A stretch of 64,000 nucleotides of DNA from positions 30,566,001-30,630,000 of the forward strand of contig OZ287756.1 of the NCBI GenBank assembly GCA_965649765.1. The letters are read 5' to 3'. Made by a program: the position numbers and the translations under genes. The stretch's first letter is position 1; the number at the start of each line of letters is the position of its first letter. The notes under the pieces are model-generated. The model had not been told where the DNA came from. It worked only from the letters and a program-made list of their open reading frames with translations, and did no database searches. This stretch comes from Bispira polyomma. Lineage: Eukaryota. This document shows, piece after piece, positions 27,195-39,110 of this stretch.

Positions 27195-27904
27195 CTGTTA
27201 TTTTTATCTGCCATAATAATGGCATCGCTTTGGTTTAATTTGGGTTTAACAATGAGTTGGTCCAGTGATCTAAAGGTCCTAGGTTCCACTCTCGGTGCCA
27301 GCTGCTAGTTTCATTGTTGGGATAACATCCTTGGGCCAGATGTGAACACGTGTTTGCCAAGTGGCTCAGATGACCACTTCAAAATGGTGGTCCTCTGTCA
27401 TTGGGTCCTATTGCCAGTGGTAGGTTAAAGATCATTAGGGACATTGATAAATGATCATCCTCAAGCCTCTATCAGTTAGAGGAATGCAAGTAGCTGAGGC
27501 AGTTGACTGCTACAGTCAGGAAAGACGATTAATTAGCACTCTGAATACAATATAATAGTAGGTACATGGGCTGAGTATAAATTCCAAGACCATTGAGACT
27601 GAATAATCCTGTAGTGGAAGAAAGTTGGCCATAACCATTCATATTTATCAGCTGAGGAGAAAGATCTTAAACAATAAATCTTTCAGGGGAGTTTTCTTTT
27701 TAAATCCCTCCTCTTATATTCATGGCTGTTTTTGTCATTAAAAGGATCTTCTCTTGCTGCAGTCATCACCATAAAGATATCCTAAGCAGGGTATAATAGC
27801 TTCCAATGCCTTATGTTGTTATTATGTATGTCCATCACTAGTAAGTCCAGCAGCTTTCCACAGGGGAAAACGTCTCACTGGGTCCTCAACTAGATTAAAT
27901 AGAA

Positions 27905-28175
27905 AAATCAGAAGACGCTGTTTTGTTGTTGTAGCTCATGTTAAATAGCAGAAGCTCCCACAGATTGTTCGATCACAGGATACAATCACTGGTTTCAGAA
28001 GCCGACTCAAAACATACCTCTTTAGCTTGGTCTACTCCCCCCTCTTTAGTCTCTTCCGTGGTGGATGCTTTTTGCGAATGACCTTTTTGCTTGCCCTTGG
28101 ACATTCCCTTTTTAGATATCAGCGCCTTGGAGGATGTTCTCATCAATTTGGCACTCTATATATGCTTTAATTAGT
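27905..28175 (+). mobile_element. L2 LINE 3' end
   Basis: Translates to KLPQIVRSQDTITGFRSRLKTYLF, followed by a cagcgccttgg...ggcactctata stem-loop-type tail. Confidence 0.7.
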
Positions 28176-30949
28176 ATTTTCATTATTACAGTTTTGTGGG
28201 TGGTGATACAGTTAATACGTAGACTGTAGGAACAAACCGCTCTGTAGATTGGTTTTTAAAGCTACTTATATAGAAAGCTACCTAAGGGATACAACTAAGA
28301 AATACCAAGTATAATAAAGTCATCCTACAGGAACCTCATTTGTGAGAATTGCCCAGCTGATAAATCTCTGTTATGCGTACATTGGCCTTTGGAAAAGCTT
28401 TTATTGGGAGTCGGGTGGTATAAAATATCTATGCTTTTATGGGTTATTTACTCCTCATTAGCAGTGGAGTAAAGTTCTGTGATGCTGGTGATACTTCATA
28501 ATAAAAGGTGTGATAAATATTTAAACATAGATGAAATATGGAAAAACTTAATAATGCACCTTAGATATAATTTAATTTAACATCATTTTACTATTTGAGT
28601 ATTATATGGCAATCGTCTGTTCACTGATACATGCATTTGGTTGGTTGTTCTCTGTTCTATTACAAAGTACTGGCAAAAATACTTTGGCAAAAACATGCCC
28701 AGGGTTGAGATTCGAACCTAGGAGGTGATTTTTTTACATTGTTGAATTCATATAAAGTATTAAATAACAGATCAACATTTGCCAATCACTCCTTTCACAT
28801 TTCACCATATGCTTATAAATAGTCAGTTATTATTGCCCCAAAAACAACATGTACTCATATTTCATTCTGATGTGAACCAGAGAGCACTGGCCAAAACTAC
28901 TATAAATCTAATTGCAGAGCTGTATTAAGTAACATCACAATAAGGTCTTTGACCTCTTTAAACCTGAAAATACATCTGTGCGGTTATTGGATTTGAATGA
29001 CTGCTATGTTGCAAGTTTTATAGGTTGCACTAATTTGTTCTTTCCACTTGCTTAAGGTTGTCACTATTTCTAAGGAACTATTATTAGACTAGTGGCACAA
29101 ATAATGCTCATTTTTTCACCATATATTTTTGCATTTTCCTTTTGTATTCAATGTGTTGTCCAGATTTGACATACACATTACAGTAAATTAAATAAACATT
29201 AAACTAACAAAAAAAACAACACAAAAGTCATGTTGTCTTTTAGATACTAGTGCAATATATGGTGTTTTGATAATATGTTGATCACATATTGGGACATCTT
29301 TAACATCAGCACCTTCAAATATCACTGATGTAAGCTAAACCTCACCTAATAATGTGACAAAAATAAGAAGCTCTTAGCAAGGAATACTGATTTAAAAAAA
29401 ATGATTGTTCAAGGATTATTTAAATAAATATTGTTGTTGCCACTAATTCTGATAGGCTCTAAAGTATGGTCAAATCTCAGGCTACCACTTTACAACAGAT
29501 CGTATTGCTTTCCTCTATACGGTGTGTTACGTTCATTTAAATAGCTCAACCAGTAACAGCATTGTATTTTTTTATCTTTCAAGATTTAGGTCTTAAGTTT
29601 TATATGTCATATTAGAATCATACCAATTGGAATGGTTTTGCATCGGTTATTCCTTCTTTTCGTGGGTGTAACTCTAGATATGTTAGATTTACTATTGTAA
29701 TAGACATCAAATTTATGAGGGGTTCTATTTCCCATTGAAAAACTTATACCATAGGTTTTGTTGGAAAGCTAATGAGGAGTTTCTCTAAACTACCAAAAAA
29801 CAGATGCACCATGCAATTTTCTAGGACGATAAAAAACATTTTATAACCTTCTGAATGGATGAGATAACTACCCCATCAGACTAAGGTGTCATTATGGTTG
29901 GATAAACAGCAAATATAGAGGGATAACAATCCCATTTGTTGGATAATTGGCAGCATTGTAACCTCACAATATTTTTTTATGAAAGCCATCTCACATGCAT
30001 TGTCTGGTGTTGAATTTTTAAAACTGACACTTGATAAAGACTTTTTCAATCATATAAAGTTGTAATTTGCTGCAACTAAAAGGAAACTCCACAATTATCT
30101 AGTTGCTAGCAATGCTATATGACTTTTGGGGTAAAGATTTATGTTTAAAGTAACACGCAAGTCCTTTGGGACTGAACAATATCAGTCATCTAAGTTTTCG
30201 TATTTCGTTGGTTTTGAAAGATGTAATTATATACTGTGTGGCACAAAATAAATAATTCACTAGACATTGCCCAGAATGGTGTTATGGTCACTGACCTCTC
30301 ATACCAATGTGGCTTTCAAATTCTGTCCTTTCCTTTATTTTGTAACGTACAAAGGTTTCAAGTGAATTACAAATCACCAGTATCTAGGCTGCGTAAAGCC
30401 TGTGAACACGTCTTTGTGCAACGTCAAAACTCTGTAAAAAACACTCTAGATAAAGTGTGGCTATTCCATGTTTGTGCGGTAGGCCCTATCCATATCTAAA
30501 CCTAAATATCTCAGCCATTTTGCAAGGAATTTTAATGCAACCAAAAATGTAATTAACTTTCTTTCCCTATAGGAATTTTTAACCTCCAGTTATTAATCAA
30601 TAATTGGTATTATGATGGAACAGCCATAACATGGAACCGTGTCATTGTACTTTTCCGATAAGAATTGTCTGTTACTTGATAAAATTAAACTTTCATACAA
30701 TTTCATATTAGAATAGATATAAAATATTCAAACTCATGTTCAGGCTTCGTGACATCAAGTCTACACCATCGATTATTTATGCGCATAAAACGAGAGTTTA
30801 AATTGTTTATTGCTATATTAAAATTTGAAATTAGATTAACAAGGATAGTATATTTGATATGGTTACACTGCAGGCCAGATTAAATATTTAAAACAATCCA
30901 GAGCCTAACCTAAATTAAATTACTAAAAAAGTGTCATGCTGTCTTTTTT

Positions 30950-33900
30950 AGCTTACAGTTTCCAATTTGGTATGCACCATCAATTTTACTTACACGTCTT
31001 GTAGTAATGCAAAATACATGTTTTAAAGGACACAAAAACATGCCATTTAAATGGGAGGAAAGCTTCAATGCAGAAATGACTATAGCTTAAATGATGTAAG
31101 TTGAAATTCAACAACTGTACCTTAAAGCTAATTAATTTTGTAAACAATATATATAATACATTTTTCTGAAACCTTACACTGAATTAATTACGTCCATTTA
31201 AAACTACATTTATATCCCACACTTCAATTATACATATATATCTCATTGGTATCAAGTCAAGCATTTCTTGCTCGTACCATAACATAATTTTGATGCATAA
31301 TTAAATTGTATAATTAATTTTTTTAATTTTAAGAGATCTGACATGTCACACATATTATTACATCTTATTAGGTTCAAATGATTCTTTGCTTTTAAAAATC
31401 ACCAATTTTGAAGAAACTAATATCTGATACTACAGAATGGCAATAGCTTCAGAAACAAATGCATGGCTGGTCTTCAGGAATTGAATGTGTTAGTTTACAA
31501 TGCTGCCAATTTTCACGCGAATGATATTTATATCCCCATATATTTGTGTCTATTTGTTTTGTCCCATCTAGTCTGTAAATAGCTAGTGTTATCCAAAACG
31601 TGTAGGATTAATAATATAACTCCTCATTCATATAATATTTGAACACACTTCATTGAATTACCAGGAATTTTACAAATGCTATCCGATTTGTATAACATTA
31701 TAGGATACGGTTTAACTGGCATCAGTGAATACTAAGGATACTTTATCAGAGATATCCCAATATTTATTCCAGCTTTTGTCATATACCCATATATTGTAGG
31801 TATATATTAAATGAAACATGCAAAATATACATATGATTTGTATTTTCTTTTTACTGCTTGTTTGGTCTATTGTAATGAGCATTTGAAAACTTAAAGCAAG
31901 TAAATGATACAATTAATACAAATGCAAGTGACAAATGTTTGGCCATTGAAATTCAGCTACATATACTGCTTTTTTGTATTTTCTGGTTCGATGAAGTGGA
32001 CATTTGTTGTACCATGATAAAGTTATATCAACTCTTGGCTGCATTTATGTACAGAGTTCTTTGAAAATAGCTTTTACATATAGGTGCATTTGTTCGAGAA
32101 GAGTCAGGTATTCAGAATGCCACAGCTTAACAATGGAAACTGGAACAAACCAACAACATATGAGGTGTGTTTAGTTTTATATTTTTAACTAGAATAGAAT
32201 TTGCAAAAATAACATGCACCCCCATTCTTCCAAATGAGAAACTAGAGAGTAGCAGCCAAGACTGCTATCAATCTAGTTTAAAGTTACATCATGTCACAGC
32301 ACAAAGGTCCAGAAATTGCGAATCGCAGAATTGACTATCTTTCCGCTAAATATGCATTGCCCAAAACATGCGTGCCATTGCTAAAATTTCAGCAGTGGAT
32401 CATTAATGACAGGGGTTGACGTTCATGAAACATGCAGGAGTCGAGTTGGCAATGCATCGTTATAAATATTGTGAATACGAGTATTGAATGAATAAGCTTC
32501 ATTATCCTATATTTTGCTCCCGCTATTGACGTTTAATCATACTCTTATGTAAAAGTAAAATGTCTTTAAATATATGTTTCATCAAAATATGTGAAAATTA
32601 TATTCTTTGTAAAATGCATTAAATTTACATTAAATGTATTTCATGTTGTGTCTAATATTTATTTTTTGAAACCTTTTTCAATCAACTTGTCATTTGCTAA
32701 GTTGAAACTTTTTCGCAAGCAAACTCTATTTGAGTTGAGTAAGATATAAATTTATTAATTGATGTGAACAATTTTGGCCAAACAACCTTTTGACAAAAAT
32801 GTTTATATTGCTGGCAAAATTGTTTATCACTAGATTTTACCAGCAAACATCTTACAGACATAAAATAGGTAAATACTTTAGGAATTAGGTTCAATCACTC
32901 ATGGAATGGCAGAGCAAACCTTCAGAACAGAGCTAAATGGTCAATCCCCAAGGTAATCTGTCTTCAGTTAAGTGCAATGTGATGGAATGCTCTTTGCTAC
33001 CAACGTCACTTGGATGTCACATGGGTGTATATAACTATTAATAAAGGCACAAAGTATTTTTTTCTTAACTTCAATATCAAGACTTCTGTTGGCATATATA
33101 TGTTATATTATGTATTGTAGGCTCTGCAGAAATGTTAAGTAATATATACTCATTTTGAATGATGATTTGTGGTATGCAATTGGCAGCACTGTATTCCTGC
33201 TATGTTAATACTTTCCATAGGTAGAAATTGTAGTAATTACCAATAAATTTAATGAATCATCTGGAATGGTCAAGCAGACATAAAACTTATATTTGTGCAG
33301 AGATATATATAATCACTGCAAGTATTGGCCAGCCTTGTTCATTAATGATGTATTTGCAGGTGCTGTAATTATGTCCAAAGAATCTGGGGTAGTTTCAATT
33401 TGTTTTCATTATTTTAGTATTACTTTTGCATTAGTTTATATATATAAATCAATATATACTTATTTTTTATTAAAAGGCATATAACTAATAGAAATATAGC
33501 CAAAAGAAAAAACTAAATAAAAACAATATAAGAACACGACCAAATATTCTAAGGTATAGAATGCTTTGTTTACTCATAGATATCAGTTCTAAAATACATT
33601 TTAATTTATATAACCATTACATGTTGAACCAATATTTACACACAATAATATCTAACCATTCCTATAGTGACATTTCCTATACTAGTCTGTTCAATGGTAG
33701 ATTATTTTAAGTACATTACCTGTTGTCTATCGGTGTTGGGGAGGGTATACTCGCAGCTGCCACCACTGCAATAGGGGTTCGATTCTCTGCCACTAGGCCA
33801 AGTGATTTGCAGTGCAGTGCAGAAACCTTGACAAACTAACCTTTACTGCCTTTTCCCACCACCTAAATTGCTCGAATGCAGTGTAAAACTACAATGTCTG

Positions 33901-36720
33901 AATCAATCTGTGATACCATATTGTCTTTTTATATATTTTTACATTATTACCTAAAAGGTTGGTGGGTTTTCTTATATTAACACAGGTTTTATACAGCTTT
34001 TGTGGTTGTTACCAAGATTATTCTTTGACAATAGTGTTAGCGACATTTATTACTCATAATAAGTGACTTATGGGACCATGATGACATCCATGCATATCTT
34101 TGGATGTTAGATATTTAATAGTAGCACTGATATCTCAAAGAATGCTAGTGTTACTTCCTTCAGTTCCTGGAATTAGTTTTTTTGTTGGGTCGTAATGGTT
34201 AATAAGGAGATTTTTAGATGTAATATTTCACTTTACCTTACTTTAATTTTATTACTTTTGATAATTAAAGCCCATTCTGATTATATTACTAAAAATCAAA
34301 GGACAGTATTTTTGCCTCCGTTTCAAGCTATGGTTTAATCTAAGCAATTAGCCATTTACCTACAGTCATTTCCCCCCAGTATATAATGCAAGGCAGAAAG
34401 CAGAAAGCAGAAGTACACATCTCATTAAGATGCCTTTTGTTTTGCCTCAGTAGATCTGTAGATGTGACCAGCATATTACAGTAGTCCTCAGATATTTAGT
34501 CAGTATATACAATGTGTTGTCTCATTGGATACAGTCTAATGGTGTAGAACTTTCCTGTATATGATGAGAATCCATGATTGTTTTTTATCTGATGTCTGCA
34601 AGCTGGCTCTATGGGATGTTTCAGTTTATGTTTTTAAATCCCCCCTGTGTTCACTGGACAAACACCATATGCATTTAATGCAGCCAGAAACAAGAGTTGC
34701 CTTTTAAAAAGACACAGGAGCACAGTATGAAATACACTAACATTGATATGGCCACTATATACTCAGGCAGGCTGTGTCTGATAACAATAAATCTAATGCC
34801 CCTCAGTTTGACCGGGTCGATTGTTTTCAACCAATCCATAAAGACCTTACATATTTTCTAAGATGGTGGTGCCCTTTTCAGAATAAAAAGCAATATTCGG
34901 TTTCGCCTGATAAAACATTTGTAGTGATAGCCACTTTAAGAGTGTCTCCTGCTGTCATTAAGTACAACATATCAAATGGAAAAGCAGTGAAGATGTTGAA
35001 AACATAGCTAAGTGTCCATCCCCAAAGTTTTCCGTCCTTCAGTTAATTAGATCTTATTGAATGGTGTTAGTGGCATTTGTACAGTCACCAAAAAAAAATG
35101 CTAGCAATGTAACTTTAGGTCACATAGGTGGCAGTATATGTATACTTGTATACATATAAAATCAAAGGTATAAACTGCTTCTATGTTACAAAATCTGCTG
35201 TTAGCATAACGTCATACTATGTCTTAGATATGCTATGCATGGATTTTTAAATTCTACATTCAGTAGGAATGGTGATTTGTTCTATTTCCATTTTGCAACA
35301 CTTGGCTTCCTGCTAAGCTAAGATTTTATAATATATACTTCTGCCAGTGATTATCAATAAACACTAGGTAATCATTTGATATGGTCTAATAGAAAAAAAA
35401 TATTTTTGTGCCGAGATAAATCTAATCTACGTTGCCATTATGCTCATTAATCGTGTATTTACATGTATTGTAAACAAATCCAAACAACTATTTCTTGCCC
35501 AACAAATTTGGTTTTGATCACACATTGCAGTGGAACTGGACAGTGTCTCTAATTCATATTTTTGGAAAAAATAACTTTTGTATTAATTGATGTAGAAGGC
35601 AGATTCTTCTGTAGGTAGGTTACATGTGGGTCCTCCCTACGCTGCAGTTGGGGTTTTGATTGCAAGCCGAAGTATGTATGTGAGAAAGAACATAGTGAAT
35701 GTTGATGGTTTGTACATCAGGAAGTATTGACCCAATTACACTGTTACTGCTGTCCTCCACCAATAAACTACTGATTGCAATATGATTACGTAAATTTGAA
35801 AAAAAAATATTTCAAATAAAAATCAATATGTCCTTTGCAGGGTTATTTTCATTTCATTCCTTACCTTAAAAAAATTACACTGGCTGCCCATTTAGTCTCG
35901 TATTTTGTTCAAGATTCACGTTACCATTTTTAAGGATGTAGTCACTCATCAGCCCTCTTACCTTGCTTCGCTTCTTTCCTTCAGTAACCGTAAGAGAGGC
36001 AACAGACTCTCTGTTTCTTCTTTTCAGACCTATCAGGAAGGCAGGATCCAGAGCATTCTCCATTGCAGCTCCTTCGTTATGGAACAGTCTCCCAGTTTAC
36101 CTCAGATCATTTTAACCTTGCCTATCCACCTTAGCTCCCTCGTGCACGCCCCCACTTCCTTCCTTACGTCTTTGCTATGCCCATAGATTTTACAATTGGA
36201 TCAATGCTTCTGCTGTTACGCTTTAGAAGATGCCTAGCATCAATAAAGCGTGATTTATAAAGGCCAGTGTGTTTTCCTATAACACATTATGTTTGTTACA
36301 AAGACTTTTTCAGGTAAAACCACACAATGTGAGATTTATATACGTATAGTGATACCCAGTAATTTTCTTATTAATCTATATGACACCAATATCTTTAATT
36401 AACCATTTGATCTTACAATGGCAGCATTCATTCATTGTTATAAGGGGACTATAGTTCTATGATGAAAGATAAGCATCAATTTTGATGCTTAAGAGTAACT
36501 GATACCATTCCTATTTCAGAGAGTTTTTTGTGTTTACATTACAGCACAATGACTTGTGACAATAAATTCTTTGAACTAAACACCACTTTGTTCTTTTGAG
36601 CTCATAAAATATGACACAACATGCACAGAAAACATAGTCAATGAGCTCATTTTATTTCCCCTGTGTTATATTCATGTACAGAATTCTTACTTTTTAAAAC
36701 CTATCAAGAGGGCTGGATCA
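30950..36720 (+). repeat. Segmental duplication family B, copy 1
   Basis: Collinear with 36740-41700 (32240 vs 36830, 32760 vs 37510, 34320-34860 vs 39580-40110, 36490 vs 41275). Confidence 0.9.
35870..36250 (+). mobile_element. 5'-truncated L2 LINE fragment, present only in B copy 1
   Basis: Translates to HWLPI*SRILFK...PSYLASLL...GSRAFSIAAPSLWNSLP; missing at the paralogous position ~41000. Confidence 0.8.
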
Positions 36721-37969
36721 TAAAAATGTAACATAGTTTAAATTATGCTTTATTGTTCTGTAATAATGCAAAATACATGTTTTTAAGGAAATTTGCAAAA
36801 ATGATGCACCCTCATTCGTTCACATGTGAAACTAGAGAGCACCAGCCATCAATCTAGCTTTATAGTTACATCATGTCATGGCACAAAGGTCCAGAAAATA
36901 CATTAGCAGTGTAATTGAATTTCAACAGCCACTGGGCTGTCACTTGAACTTGCATAAATTGTACTGTTTATGTGCTTAGGGTGTTCATTTTACCTAATCG
37001 CCCTGTGATCGACTTTAGAAGGTGTTGCAATCACATAGAATGCAAGCAAGATCACAAAGCACACAATTTACCATCTTTGCGGTAAATATGTATAATGCGG
37101 GCCATTGCTCAAATTTTGTTTAAAATTTCCGTAGAGGATCGTTCACTGCGGGGATGTACGTTTCAGAAATTTGCAAGGATCAAGTTGACAATGCATCACC
37201 ATCGCAATAAACATATAGTGAATTATAAAGTATTGCCCCATTTAAGCGGACCTTATTTACACACCTAATAAGACCCCCATAGAAGCTATTAAGATAGGTA
37301 GGGATGTGTTCTTAAGGCTGTTCCAATCATTAAAGAGAATATCTTTAAATATAAATTTCATCAAATGGTGTGGAAATTATATTTTTTTTAAATTATACAT
37401 GTTGTATCTTTTATTTATTTATTGACACTGATACTTTTAAATCCTTTTTCAATGATATTGTCATTTGCTAAAAAAGTAACTTTATGTTTAAGCTATTAAT
37501 TTATTAATTGATGTGAACAATTTTTGCAATACAGCCTTTTGACAAAAATGTTTATATTGCTTACAAAATTGCTTAGCATTAGATTTTACAAGCAAACATC
37601 TTACAAATATGAAATAGGTAAAAAAAATAGGAATTGGGTCCAATTACTGATGGAATATTGCTCGGTAAACCTCAAGAACAGAGCCAAATGGTCATTCCTA
37701 AGGTTTTCTGTCTTCAGTTAAGTGCAAGGTGATGAAATGCTATTTGCTACCAACGTTACTTTGATGTCATGTAGGGGTACATAACTATTAATAAAGGCAT
37801 GAAGTATTTTTTTCTGACTTATTAGTCAAAACTGGTGTCAGCATAAGTAGTTACTTGTGCAAAAGTATAACATCACAGAGTAACATACTAATTTATTGAT
37901 CTCATCATTTGTTTCCTGTCAAAAACCTTTATTTTTTTACATTTTTTTACAGATTGTTTACATTATTAA

Positions 37970-39110
37970 ATTTTTCGTTTCAGGTATGAAGCAATTAAAA
38001 TGCACTTCACCTAGGTGTGTGCCCAGCTTAAGGAGGTAGCAAGAAGTGGTATTTTAATATATGTGGTGTAAAGATGTAGTAAAACTCTAGGTTTGAGATT
38101 TTATTATTTACACATTAGGACATAGTATATATGTAAAGAGGGTTAAAATAGTAAATTATTAAAATTTTGGATAATTTTAAAACACCCATAACAGTTCATA
38201 TAAACGTATCATCAATAACAGTATATACGTTCACAAATATAAAGGACTAGCCATAAAAGTTACACATAAAAACAGTATACTAGGTTAAACCTTTCACTGA
38301 GTAACATATTAGTTGCATATCTTCTATTAGAGACAGTACTAACCTGTGTACAAGCACCAGGATTTTATCCATTACCATAATAAATTCACATAAACTGTCC
38401 ATCGTTCAAGAATATAACTTTACCGCTGAAACTTAGCCATGTACTTGGCCAGTAAGCCAGTATACAGTATATGATGTTCAGTACCCCTGATTAATCAGAC
38501 GTTTCAATATTTTAATATGTTTACCGTGCAGGGGCAACCACAAGTGGCTAGTCGGAGGAGGCCGGCCCTGCGGCACCGAATCGCCTAGCGGGGGGTCGTG
38601 ATGTCGAGAGCTCTTATTCTACCCTGGTCCCCTAAACGTGAACTCAGGGGAGGTTTAGAGATCACGACTCCTCACAGGGACACGGACTACTCAGACCAGC
38701 GTCCAGTGGGTGCACCTGCCAAGAATTTACCCAACTTTCCACGATCACTACTTAACATGCTGCATCCTGTTGGATGCCCTCATATAAAATTTTAATACGC
38801 TTTAAGCAATCTACACGAACTCACTCCTGTCTATTCGTGGGTTATGACAATGCACTATTATATTGCTGTGGTAAGGGGAGGAGGCGGGATAACTTTCCCC
38901 TGTGTTGCTTCTTCAGGACCACGTTTTAAAATGAAGGCTAGAAAAGGTGGGAAAAAGTATTGTTCTCCCACACAAAGAGAATGGGTGTATGTATGGCTGG
39001 TTAGACAGAGTGAATAGTTAGTCGACTCGCCCCCAGGTATTAAGGTAGTTATAAATTTATTATGTGTGGGGTGAACTGAAGTGGCAGACCCCTTCATGGT
39101 CGTGCTTGCT
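37970..39110 (-). mobile_element. Second ORF-less A-spacer-B remnant of a Ngaro-type element
   Basis: Minus strand starts caagcacgaccatgaaggggtctgccacttcagttcac. It has cccgcctcctccccttaccacagc, gctaggcgattcggtg and a B-like end (38090-38190). Absent from the paralog at ~33950. Confidence 0.8.

Larger units (their letters stand above)
25640..28500 (+). repeat. Segmental duplication family A, partial and more diverged copy 3
   Basis: 25677 gggatattgatatg..gagctgta..aagagaaaa matches 6495/22365; 27672 acaataaatct..gggg matches 8020/23804; 28328 caggaacctcatttgtg..cagctgataaatctctgttatg matches 8320/24109. Confidence 0.7.

Noticed and set aside
26907-27308. ORFs across the N run
   Set aside because: Artefacts of translating the gap.
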